Positions 11,717-23,267 of a stretch of DNA of 64,000 bases are shown one piece after another (position 1 is the stretch's first letter; every line of letters begins with the position of its first letter). The stretch is from NCBI RefSeq assembly GCF_025526975.1, contig NW_026515689.1, positions 248,001-312,000 on the forward strand, given 5' to 3'. The notes beneath the pieces are model-generated. The model was not told the origin of the DNA, searched no databases, and saw only the letters and a list, made by a program, of their open reading frames with translations. This DNA is from Fimicolochytrium jonesii. Its lineage: Eukaryota. The position numbers and the translations under genes were made by a program.

Positions 11717-13339
11717 ATGTTCGGCTTCGTCAAAATCGCCAGCTTCCTTGTGGTTGCCGCCAACCTGGTGGCTGCCGCTCCCAGTGCCGCCGTCGCCGGA
11801 ACCGCTGTTCCCGGCGAATACATTGTGGTGTTCAAGAAGAATGCCGCTGCCGCAGCTGGTAAGCTGCGACGCTCCAGTACCCATCCGTTGTATATGATCG
11901 CATTAACATCTCTTCGTCTGTAGTTCAGTCTCACGTTAGCGCGCTGAAAGGGGCGAATTGGGCAGGCACCGCTTTCGCTGGCCAAGGATTCGGTCTCAAA
12001 GCGGAATACAGTTTCGGTGGGTTCCGTGGCTACCATGCCAAACTTCCTCAGAGTGCCGTCGAAAAGCTCTCGGTAAGGCGATTGTCGCGTGATTTGCGCC
12101 TGAGTATTGGAATTCTCGCTAACGTCTATTCACCTTCACTCAACAATCGCAGAACGATCCCAATGTGGAATACTTTGAGCCCAACAAGATCGTGACGGTG
12201 CAAGGCACGCAGACCAACGTTCCCTCCTGGGGCATCTCCCGTGTCGATCAACGCGCTGGTCCCGCGGATTCAACCTACGTATACCCTGACTCCGCCGGAG
12301 GTAAGACATCTGGATTGCCTTCGTACATCTGATTCGCAACTGGCGCTCATTTATCTGTTGATCCTTTGCTCAGCTGGTGTCGACGCTTATATCATCGACA
12401 CTGGCATCTACATTAGCCATCCCGACTTCGAGGGACGTGCGAAGGTCGGTGCCTCTTTCGTGACCGGCGACGGCGATGCCGATGGAAACGGACACGGTAA
12501 TGCTCTCCTTCCGTTTCCACCATGAACCAGAACAAACCGCTTACTGTTGTCATCTTTTAGGTACCCACGTTTCTGGAACCATTGGATCCAAGACTTACGG
12601 AATTGCCAAGAAAGTGAACCTGATTGCAGTCAAAGTCCTGAACGCGCAGGGATCTGGAACGAACGCTGGCGTTATCCAAGGCGTTCAATGGGTTGCCACC
12701 AACGCTCCAAAGACTGGCAGGAAGTCAGTTGCCAACATGAGCCTCGGCGGCTCGGCCTCCACTGCTCTCGATCAAGCGGTTCAAGCTGCCATTCAAGCCG
12801 GCGTGAGTTTCGCGATCGCCGCAGGCAACAGTGCGGGTGACGCCTGCGCCCTTTCTCCGGGTCGCGTCCCAGAAGCTGTGACCGTCGGCGCTTCAGACTC
12901 GTCTGACACTTTCGCCAGCTTCTCCGAGGGTGGTTCCTGCGTGGATATTGTCGGACCTGGTGTCTCGATTACGTCCACTTGGAACAACGGCCAGACCAAC
13001 AGCATCAGCGGCACATCTATGGCCACCCCTCACGTCGCCGGCGTGATTGCGCTCGTCCTCAGCGAGGGCAAGGCGAGCTCCCCAGCCGAAGTTTCCGCCT
13101 ACCTGAAGTCCGTCGCCACGAAGAACGTGATCAAAAATATCAAGGCAAACACCCCCAATTTGCTTTTGTCCAACGTTTTCGGTGACGTTGTGCCCCCATC
13201 TCCCACTGCCACCGCCACCACCGTCCAGCCCACTGCCACCGCCACCCAGAAGCCCACACCCACCCCTACCCCCTCCAAGTGCCGATTCCCGGCTTGCTTG
13301 TGGACTCCCAGCTGCTCTACCTGCGATTGGGGACGCTGA
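11717..13339 (+). CDS. Secreted subtilisin-like serine protease (S8, proteinase K type) with I9 propeptide and Thr/Pro linker plus Cys-rich tail; 4 introns
   Basis: Signal peptide; [10 protein letters not shown] propeptide; catalytic [27 protein letters not shown]-like cataaaa at ~11630. Confidence 0.95.
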
Positions 13340-14130
13340 GCGCCGGGACTAGATACAGATTGGAGTATATAGATCACAGATCCAGTTTGCCGCTTGTTTA
13401 CACTTCAGGTATCAATATACACCAGTTTGTTCGATCAAAACGCTTCGCCATGTCTCTGAGAATTTGTATGATTTGTATGACGGGATGTATTTCAAATGAT
13501 AATATATGCGTCGACCAATTTCGCAGAACAGGTCTTTCCCACCTTACCTACGCGGGCTACGATTCTACGCATTGACCTATCATCATCCCTCACTAGGCTC
13601 AGTATGGAGCTCACCTCTCCACCAAGCGGCGTGGACTGAGCTGCTTCAAGAGTACGATTCCGCAACGTACCCGGGGAAACCTATACCTTCGCCACCTATT
13701 ACTCTCTCAGAGGCCTTTCCATCAGAAGCGCGTCTCGGACCAATATTCACCACTTCCCGACTTCGCGAGTCACGATTCCTCTCCTATCTCTCCTATTCCC
13801 TGGTTCGCATCCCGAAAGCACCGATTCTCTGGCCTTCAACAGTATCCCGATGGCAGCGAGCGAGCGACGCGTTAGTGAGGGGTCCGCCGCAAAGCGTCGA
13901 GCTGTATTGTATGTATGGTACGTCCCGGACTCGGAACCAGATGCGCCAAACATCGATGGAGGCTGCATTTCGAGGCAAATACTCGAAACTTCCTCTTACA
14001 TATCCTCTGTGACTGTAGGGAGCGGAAGGGAGGGTCTTTTCCCAGGTCCACCAGCTAGGCAGGAGAAAGCTGCAAGGCTCCAATCGCTCGAACCTGGAGG
14101 CTCCAATCGCTCGAACCTGATGGCCAAGGC

Positions 14131-14216
14131 TGTCGGGGATATCTCATATTCACTTCTATTTCATATTATATTTCTTTACTTCTACACGATCCGACATTTT
14201 TCTTCACTCCAATACA
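14131..14216 (+). repeat. Internally deleted copy of LTR-like family A
   Basis: TGTCGGGGATATCTCATA...ACACGATCCGA and TTTTCTTCACTCCAATACA match the two ends of 39867-40081. Confidence 0.6.
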
Positions 14217-14403
14217 TAACTTACAGTAGAGAGGGGCCACGCACTCTCGCGCGCGCCTTTGGAGCCCGGGGCCGCCGCGGGAGACCGAGATCCTTCTCAC
14301 CATCGCGCACGCTTGCACCCTTGCACATCAAGGCAAACTCCCAACCAATCTCTAAAAGCCTTCACCACAGCGCATGTAAGCAGACACACACCGTAGCTTG
14401 ACA

Positions 14404-16349
14404 TAGCACTCGATAGCTCAAAAGAGTTCTTTGATTTGCATCCACGTCGTGGTGAGGTGCCACCATGCTCACCATGGAACACTGAGAAAAAATGGTTTGC
14501 CGTCCACGTTCTCCGTCCACGAGTTGACGTCAGCAATGACAATCCTTCTCTTTGGGATGGGACGAACTTGAATCTCAGGCGTCGGAGATGTGGGATAGGC
14601 TTTGGACCAATATAACTCATAGACCGCGGTTGGCCACATCCTGCGGCAAGTTGACGTCCTCATCCACATCCTCATGCTCGTCCAGGTCCTCACCGTCCAC
14701 GTTCGCCACAGCGACGTGGTCTTCACCACCACATTGATGAAATGGTGTGGTCAGCATCATATGCCATCCACAGGGCTGCCTCCCCAACACCTTTATCCAC
14801 TACGGCCGCACCACACAGGGTGCCCTCACCACGTCCACAAACGAAAGATATGTGTGCATGTTGTTGCATAGCTATGGTACCCGCATCTTGGGCCCCAGGG
14901 ATGCTGGTTTCCAGGACGTCCACACACAGATTGGGCATGTGGCCCTCAGGCTAATATATGTGAGCACGGCAACGTTCTTTGATCCACATCCACGTCGTCC
15001 ACGTAGTTCTCGTCCGCTTGATCCACTTGGGTCACGTCCACATCGTCGCTCCATTGTGGTGGTGGCCGGCAGAAGCGACGGTCTGTCGAATACAGGGTTA
15101 CGGTCGGGTGTCGGGAAAAATAAGCTGCCGGTCTCTCAATAGCACAAGAAGAGATCTCAAGCAAGAGCGTCGTCTTGCCACCTTAATATCCAGGTGCTTT
15201 GAAAGGAGTCCTTCTTCTAATACGGGGTCTTGAATTACGGGTACGGGTACGAAATACGAAATTGGGAATATCTGCGGGGTTGACTACAAAACAAAACAAC
15301 GGGGTTATCCAATCTCACTCTCAGCTCTTCTTACAAGATTCCTGAACTATCAAGTCCTCGGCGACGTCAGCAAAGTACATGTCGCGACACTCGGGGTCGT
15401 CTTGTCTATGCTCTCCGGGTCTATGAGCGCGCCTTGAAAGTCTATCTGAAACTGAAAGAAGTCGTCGGGAGTAGAGAAGTAGAAAGCTCTGTTGTTGATC
15501 GGGATCTGAGTTCTGCGTACACGGATCTGAGTTTTGCGTATCATACAAAGGTCTGGGGAAAACAGGCGGGTTTTTATATGGAATTTTCTAGACTACGGGA
15601 TTTTGTCGAAGTCCAAACTCTCTACTAGTCGTCTCTAGAGGATCTAGCTACGTCGGGGTCTTTTCCTCTTTTCCTGCGGCGGTCTACATAGTTTTCCCTT
15701 GTTCCATTCGCAATTTTGGCGCTGATACAGCCTTATCGCTAATCTTTTCTCGGGGTTTTCTGCAACGTTCGGCGTATACGGCCACCGGAAATTGGTTTTC
15801 TCGTTTTGCAGTTGATTTCTTCAGCGTTTCGGGCGTCGTGGGAGCTTCTGGTTGGTTAAGAGTCGGGTCGGGGGTACTTTCATGTGTGAAATCCTCTCCT
15901 ACGCCTACATTTTTCGCATGTCAGTCGTATCCGAGGACAAAACGTCGTTGTGAAGCAAGGTTTCGGTAAAGGTAGTTGTATTTGGTAATCGTCGGAGTGT
16001 CGGGAACGCGAGTGTGTCGATTTAATGTAGGAAGTTTTGACGGTATTTTGACGTTGTCATATAAAGGTGATTTCATTTGCTCGTCGAAGATTCTAGGCGT
16101 ATCATTGGGGTCAGAATATTACCGATTTCATGCGCAGTTCGAAGCGCACTACTACACCGTCCACGTCCACCGTCCAGGAGAGTAGATGACAGAGGGATGT
16201 AGGTGGTGGAGGTCAAGCGTTCTGGTATAAGTGGGTGGGGTTTGGACCACGATAACTGATAGACCGCGGTTGGCCATATCCTGCCCCATGTTGACGTCCT
16301 TGGCGACGTGGTCTTCACCACAACGTTGATGAAATGGTGTGGTCAGCAT
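14404..16349. repeat. Unclassified degenerate repeat (about 14600-14757 similar to 16240-16349) interrupted by a 1,048-bp TG...CA block (15109-16156)
   Basis: Shared gaccgcggttggcca.atcctgc and gcgacgtggtcttcaccac...tgatgaaatggtgtggtcagcat; the block runs TGTCGG...CTACA. Confidence 0.45.
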
Positions 16350-16362
16350 TATTTATTTCACC

Positions 16363-19300
16363 AGTGCAAATGGATGCAGAAAGAGCTTGAATTCTGCGGC
16401 CATGTCCTGGGTGAGGATACGATGGCCATTGCATCCTCGAAATTGGACGCCGTGCAAAACTTTGCACATCCTACAAAACAGAAAGAGGTCCAATCTTTCT
16501 TAGGGTTGACAAATTACCTAAGTCAGTACATCCATCGTTATGCATACATTGCATATTCATTGACAGAGTTACAGTCGGGCAAAAGGCCTTGGCACTGGGG
16601 CGATGTCAAAGATGTGGCTTTTGTTAAGCTGAAGGAAGCTATTATTACAGCTCCTACTCTCCCGTCTTATGACCCAGAGTAAGATTTATACGTGTTCACA
16701 GATGCATCGAGTTTTGCGATAGGCGGATGGCTTGCCCAGCCGGCGGATCCATCGGAGCATTACCCATCACCGTTGCATACCTCAGTGAAGGGATATAAGA
16801 ATCTGCCACCGTTAAAGCCGATAGCTTTCTTTGGGCGGAAGATGCAACCCGCTGAAACACGTTACCCCGTGCACGAACAAGAGCTATTAGCTCTGGTTAG
16901 CATATGCAAGGCGAACAGCCATTACTTGCAGGATCGGACGAATGACCGCCCGTTTCGCGCGTTCACCGATCACGCTAGTTTGGTCTGGCTGCAGACACAG
17001 CCCTTCCTGAGCCATCGCCAAGCACAATGGGTTGAATACCTGCAACAATTCAAATTTGATATTGAATATCAACCTGGTCGCTGGAACACCGTCGCTCATG
17101 TGTTGAGTCGTAATCCTTATTACGCTCCTCGCTGCGCCAAGTGTAACAAGCGAGTGGAAATCGCTGCGGCCATGGGGATGTCTGTTGAGTATATTCCTTT
17201 GGGGAATGTTATGCTTGAGGATTGGATACGAACCTTGGAGGCTGATGAGTACTTCGCTTCGCGGAAAGATGCGTTGCTTTGTCACAGCCAAAGGAACGAC
17301 AGTCTACATTCGATCGATGTTTCTCGATCGATGACTATAGTTGTTTACTGTACCACAATAAGTTCTATGTGCCAGCTGCTTTATGAGGGACTGTATTGCA
17401 GGCGTACCACGACTCGTTGCTCTCTGGCTCGCATACGGGGGTTCAAGGTACATTGGGCAAGCTCCTATGAGAGTTTTACTGGCCCGATATGGACGCCAAC
17501 GTGAGAGGGTCCATCAAGACTTGTGGGTTTTGCCAAAGGTTCAAGTCGCCGAAGAATATGCGTGTTGGCTTACTTCGTTCGCTCCCAGTTCCCGACCGAC
17601 GTTGGCACACGATGGGTATGGACCCTGTCTCGATGCCAATAACACGGTCGTGGGGGGGGAAGGTGCATAGTGATGCGTTCTACAACAGTATTATTGTCTT
17701 CATCGACTCTCTGTCAGGGCACGCATACTTTATACCTGCGGCATCCATGATAACTGCCGAGGAGTTGGCCCAGCTTTACTTCCGTGAGGTATGGCACCAT
17801 ACAGGTACTGTAGCTGTGATCGTCAGAGACCAAGATCCCTGCTACCTGGCAGACTTCTGGAAGGTGTTTCAATCGTTGTTGGGCTCTAAGCAGAGCTTGA
17901 GCACGGCACAACACCAACAGACGGACGGAAAGGTCAAACGGTGTATCGCTATCTTGAAGATTAAACCGTACCTTAATGTAACGGGAGACGATTGGGTTGA
18001 CAAACTGCCATTGTTAGAGTTTGCCTACAACCGTACGCAGAACAGCACTGGATACTGCCGTTTCGAAGTTGATTTGGGTAGAATTCCGCAGGCACCGATG
18101 CATTGGCAAGTTGACGCAAAGGTGTTGCAACGTATGGATGATACGACGATCCCATTCTTGCATAAGTCACGATGTGAGCTCATCGTACAGATGGAGAAAC
18201 GTGCTGAGGCATACCAATCCATTGAACTCATAGTGCAGCAGAAATTGCGGGAAGCTCAGGACAAACAAGCAAAGTATCATGATCGTGGACGTTGTGTACA
18301 GAGCTTTAGTCCAGGGGATAAAGTCCTGTTGAACAGCGACGGGATAACGATCCCTGCTTTCAACAAGAAGCTGCTCAAGTTTAGACAGAGCTGGCTCGGA
18401 CCCTTCATCGTGAGGAAGGAAGGACCGCACCCGGAAACGTACGAGTTAGAGCGGCCAGCTTTGATGGGTGCTTTATACCCGGTCTTCCATACGGATATCA
18501 TGAAGCCTTGGCACGAGCCAACTTCAGATCCGCTGCGCATTGACGATGTAGAGGACTCTAACCCAGGGCCCGTCCAAGTCAAAGGCAAGGAAGAATACTA
18601 TGTCGATAAGATTATCGGACGTAGGTTGGTCCATGGAAAACTTGAGTACCTCGTTCAGTGGGTTGGTTACTCACCTGAGCAGACGACATGGGAAACGCAC
18701 GAGCGAGTGAAAGACTACCCTGCGTTAGATGACTTCATCTTGGTCCATGGTGGAGTAGAATCCGTTACAGATAAGCAAAAGCGGAAGCGCTCTAAGGGAA
18801 CTGAGGCTCTGCGACGCAAGAGTGCACGGTTGGCTGGAAGCCATGCATGATCTGTAGCTGGATGGGACTTTCTGTCCATCAAAAACTTTGGATATCGCTG
18901 TAATCGAGCAGAGAAGTTCTCGTTCACGATATCGTTGGACATAAGTCAAAAGCTGTGAAAGGGATTGCAACATGCTACACAAAACGAGTGTTAACACGAC
19001 CCCTTGATGGTAGACGACATCCGCATAGGGTAAATGCGTTTACGGCCGCCGTCCGTAATGAGTAAGCAGGAACTGATCACTCCTGGAGACTCGGTGGTGT
19101 GTACGCCCGGAGGTACATATAGGCGTTGACTCTGAACGACAGAGCTTCGTTGGCTCAATGCTTGTGTACATCCATTGCCCGACAACTTTCTTTAGGCAAC
19201 GTGCGATACAGCACACCCGTTGCATTCACAGCTGGGATATCCGCTGCCGGTAGCAGGTAGCGTGGATGGCAAATACCATTAAATTGGAATGGTTTGCAAA

Positions 19301-19883
19301 TGTCGCTACCCACGACGGTCTTCTGGAAAGCTTTCCTGAATGACACACTATTCTGACGTCCATTTGGCGAACCATGGCTTTCAGCGAAAAAGCCATGGCT
19401 TTCAGCGAAAAAAGCCATGGCTTTTTGCATGGTTATTTGGACTGACGACCACGAGGACCATCAAGGATTGCGCTGGGTGCGATCCGGGACACCTTCATAT
19501 TCTACTCTGCTTGAGCTTGCTGGGCAGGTTCGCGTCGTAGAATCTGGGGGGGGTGTAATGTGGAGTGTCTGGTCTTATTGGAGAACGACACGTCAGCGGA
19601 ACATGTATCGCCGTCTAAGTAAAACATGTTCCCGAGGTCAGCGAAAGACCTTTCGCTGTCCAAGGAAAGGTCTTTCCAGACAGTGTTCTCCAGTGGACTC
19701 CGACCTCATGGGTACTTTAACAGTGCTCGTCGCGCGTTCCTATGCACAACAAGTAGTTCTTTTACTGCATATCGAATAGCAGCGCCAATGAACACCCAGT
19801 CCGTCTTCAATGCCTTACAGCAAAGTAGTTATTGTATACAAACATCAGTTATACAACCCGTTTGGAAGGTAGTTCACATCACA
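16363..19883 (+). mobile_element. Ty3/gypsy chromovirus family G1, copy A: 3' half (RT end, RNase H, integrase, chromodomain, 3' UTR, PPT, 3' LTR); pseudogenised
   Basis: QSFLGLTNY; FTDASSFAIGG, EQELLAL, TDHASL; CGFCQRFK; chromodomain EYYVDKIIGRR...EYLVQWVGY...TWE; G8 PPT before LTR. Confidence 0.95.
19554..19883 (+). repeat. G1 3' LTR (330 bp)
   Basis: TGTAATGTG...CACATCACA directly after the GGGGGGGG PPT; homologous to 25655-25984. Confidence 0.9.
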
Positions 19884-20737
19884 AATCCGGCCAAATTGGC
19901 AATTTGGTCCTCGAGACGAAGGAGCACGTCTTCCTGCTTGATAGGAATGGGGTCCTGATCGGAATCCATATGGGGGTCCGACAGGAATGGGTTGATTTCG
20001 GTTTCCAGGAGTCCGCGCAATTCAGGCGCATCTACATATGGCGTGTTTGCGTCCTTCAGCACTGCAATAGTCGCAGAAAACTCCTCTTTCCTCTTCCTTT
20101 CATCCACAAATCCACCAGGCATCTTATGAGGGGGGGTAGGAGACGGTTCACTTCGTTGTTGGATGTGACGGGGTATGCCTTGAATAGGCGGAGTATGTGA
20201 GTCAATGCCAGAGCACCAAGTAGAAGATGCGGAGTTCTTAACAGCGGTTTGAACTTTCTTTCCTCCTCCTCTAGTAGCCGGCAGCAGTGGATACAGGAGA
20301 GCTCTCCCTTGGGAGCGCGTATTGGGGGCAGAGGGCTTGCCGGCTGCTAAGCCGGCAGAGCGTGCTTTCTGAGTTTGGTTTGTTGAATCCTTCGCTTGCA
20401 TGGTGCTTTCTGAAGGAACCGGCGACGGGAGACCGAGCTCTCCATTTTGGATTCGTCCGCCGGTAGCAAGTGAAGCCAGGGCTCATAACCAGTTAGCGGT
20501 GGCTCGCAAAGGAATGCAGACAAAGAGCAGAACCGTATGTAGGGGAGACAAAGCCCTGTATTATATGAAGTTATACAGTGTTGTCTTGTATGAAGAAAGG
20601 AGGAGGCAAGGTCCGGGAAGTAAGAAAAGGGTGAAGTCCCGTACATGGAAGTGTGGCGTTAGCGGGAGGGAAGTCACGTGAGGAAATAAACAATGGGAAA
20701 CCCTAACCAGGGACTCAGGAGGATGATACCTCCAACA
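19884..20737 (-). mobile_element. Ty1/copia family C2, 5' fragment: LTR 20491-20737, PBS 20479-20490, leader and probable gag start
   Basis: LTR TGTTGGAGGTATCATCC...CCGCTAACT followed by GGTTATGAGCCC; homologous solo LTR at 40640-40872. Confidence 0.8.
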
Positions 20738-21493
20738 GATATGTCCATTTGGTCCATTTGAAGGTCTTGAGCTGCTCCCCATGTGAGCAGGAGTCTAATG
20801 GTGGCAAGCTTGGCTACTGGAGCAAAGGTTTCGTTGTAGTCAATTCCCTCTTCTGGTGAGAAGCCTTGGGCAACTGGTCCGGCCTTGTAATGTTCAATAC
20901 TGCCATCAGCATTTGTCTTGATCTTGTAGACCCACTTGCAGCCGATGAGGTTGCAATCTCTGGGTGCTCGGCAGAGCTCCCAGGTCCCATTCTTGACTAG
21001 GGAGTCGTATTCAGCGTCCATTGCTTCCTTCCACTTTGTTGAAGCATTGGAGTTGAGTGCCTGCTTGAATGCTTTGGGCTCTGTGTGCAGTACTTCGGTT
21101 GCAAGAGCATAGGCAAGGTTGCTTTGTCAAATTTGAGTGCTCTGAGAGCGTGTGATGCGTCCGTAATGCACCAATCTATCGTTTTCAGGTTTCTCCTGGT
21201 CATCTGAGGCCTCTGTGCATTGATCAGTGTCCGGTTGTGGGTTGGGAGACGCGTCAGGAAGCTCAGAATGCCCCTCCGCAGCGTGCGAGTGTGACTGTTG
21301 TCTGTGTTGTCGGTGTTGTCTGTGGACTTGGGTGCGCGTGCAGCAGTGTTGTCAGGTTCTGGGTCAAATTCAAAGCTTGCCAAGCTGTCATAGGAGTGAG
21401 CTGATGTGTCTTTATGCGTATCCTCATTTTCGAGGCTGTTGTAGAACTTGTTCTCATTGAACTGAATGTCTCTGGGTTCGATCATGGTGCCTT
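20738..21493 (-). mobile_element. Ty1/copia family C1 pol fragment (integrase-RT linker and RT N-terminus)
   Basis: MDAEYDSLVKNGTWEL...IGCKWVYKIK...GIDYNETFAPVAK; homologous to ~34060-34810. Confidence 0.9.
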
Positions 21494-21635
21494 TGTAACG
21501 TCAGAGGAAACTTGGACGATAATGAGCCCTTCCGAGAGGGCTGCAAACAGTGCCCTGGGCCCATGGAACATGGGAACAAGGCCTTTCACACGCGAAATTC
21601 GTGAATCCTTCCGGCACGTGAAGTACCATCTTTTC
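21494..21635 (+). repeat. 5' part of an LTR of gypsy family G3
   Basis: TGTAACGTCAGAGGAAAC.TGGACG terminus recurs at 40138 (minus) and 42168 (plus), each with a different flank. Confidence 0.65.
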
Positions 21636-23267
21636 CACTTGGACGGCTTCACATAGAGTTTATGCTCAGCGAGAACAGCCAAAACGCTATCCACATGAGC
21701 AAGATGCTCCTCGGCCGTTTCCGAGAAGATTTAGATATCATCCAGGTAAGATATGACATACGCATCATACATCTTGCCCAATATCCTATTGGTTAACCGT
21801 TGGAACGTTGCTGGCACATTCGTCAACCCAAATGGCATAACCAAGTACTCAAAATGACCAAACCGCGTCCGAAACGCTGTTTTGTCTCTATCAGCCTTGC
21901 GAACAGAGAGGCGGTGATACGCATCTTTGATGTCCAACAACGACTTGAACTTCTTTCCACGTATGCGATCCCGCATCTCTGCAAGATTCAGTAACGGCGT
22001 ACGATCCTATATCGTTGCTTTATTCAGCCCACGATAGTCGATGCACATGCGGAGACTGCCATCCTTTTTCTTACCAAATAACACGGCGGTGCCCCACGGG
22101 CTCTGCGAGTGCTGAATCCAACCGCGCTCGAGCATGAGAGTAACCTTCTCATTCAGCTCTTTGAGTTCGGCTTCGCTCATATGTTGTAAACGATTAAAGA
22201 CTGGTTTCGTACCAGGCTCCAGCTCGATATGGAAGTTGTCATCTCCTCTATCGGGCGGCAACTCTGCGTGCTCGACAGCCAAACTATCCACGTACTTCTC
22301 TAACGTTGGATGAAGAAGGTGAATCGATGGCACGCCCAAATCCACCTTCTGTCCTGTAGCTTCGCACATCTGAACCTCTGGCTCTGGTTCGGCGCGATTG
22401 CTCTCATCCACGGGGACATAAGCTGGTGACGCATTCACTGCAGCCTCTATGTCCATAGCGTACGCTATGTAACACTTCCCATACACCTTTTTTCGAGATA
22501 AGCGAGTGAACTTCTGATAAGTTACAACCCCTACACTCGAGTCTTCTCGTTCAGGCATCGCCGCCTTGAATCGTTTAGACTTCTTTCTGGTGTCAAAGGA
22601 CCGCAGATCGGCCGCATTACAGGACGACTGGGATTCCCATTTCCTAGTTACTGGTCTGGCAACCAGGGTATGTTCAACTTCATCCGCACGGAATCGTAGA
22701 ACAGGAATCTTGTCTTCTATGTTTTCGAAACGAACATCGTCAACATATAGATCCATGGCAATCCGAGGATAACATCTACACGCAGAGGAGCGACGACAAA
22801 TGGAAGCGCTTCTTGCGAGTAGTGTCGTTCAGCTCCCCATAACCGAAGATCGCCACAAAATAGCTTGATGGCGTTGAATGTATGGCCGTCGTCGCCCCAG
22901 GCGACATCAATGGGCATTTTAGGGTTATAGGTTTGGAAACCATTTTTCGACACCCATCCCTGACGTACCATCAGTGTTGTGCATCCCATATCGATCAGAA
23001 TACGACAAAACTTGCCATTCAACTTGCCATGAACTACAAATGCACATCGTGCGATCAACGCATCGGGTTGCAATTGCAGTGCTTCAGGCCTAGTCTTCAA
23101 AACGGTTTCAGTCTCGTCTGGCCGGCACAGGCGCGTCCCTGCAGCAGACGTATTGCTACAATCAACCAGTATACCATCAGCGGACTCAGGGCGTATAGCC
23201 TCAAGTTCCTCTTCAATGGACACCATTGCACAATGAGACGAATAAATGGTGTCTTTATTAAACGTCT

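Noticed and set aside
13506..14130. ORFs and a 21-bp tandem duplication (ggctccaatcgctcgaacctg) at the left edge as a LINE remnant
   Set aside because: No RT, endonuclease or zinc-finger motif identifiable
19368..19430. Short palindromic repeats as a CRISPR array
   Set aside because: Eukaryotic retroelement UTR, no unique spacers, no cas genes
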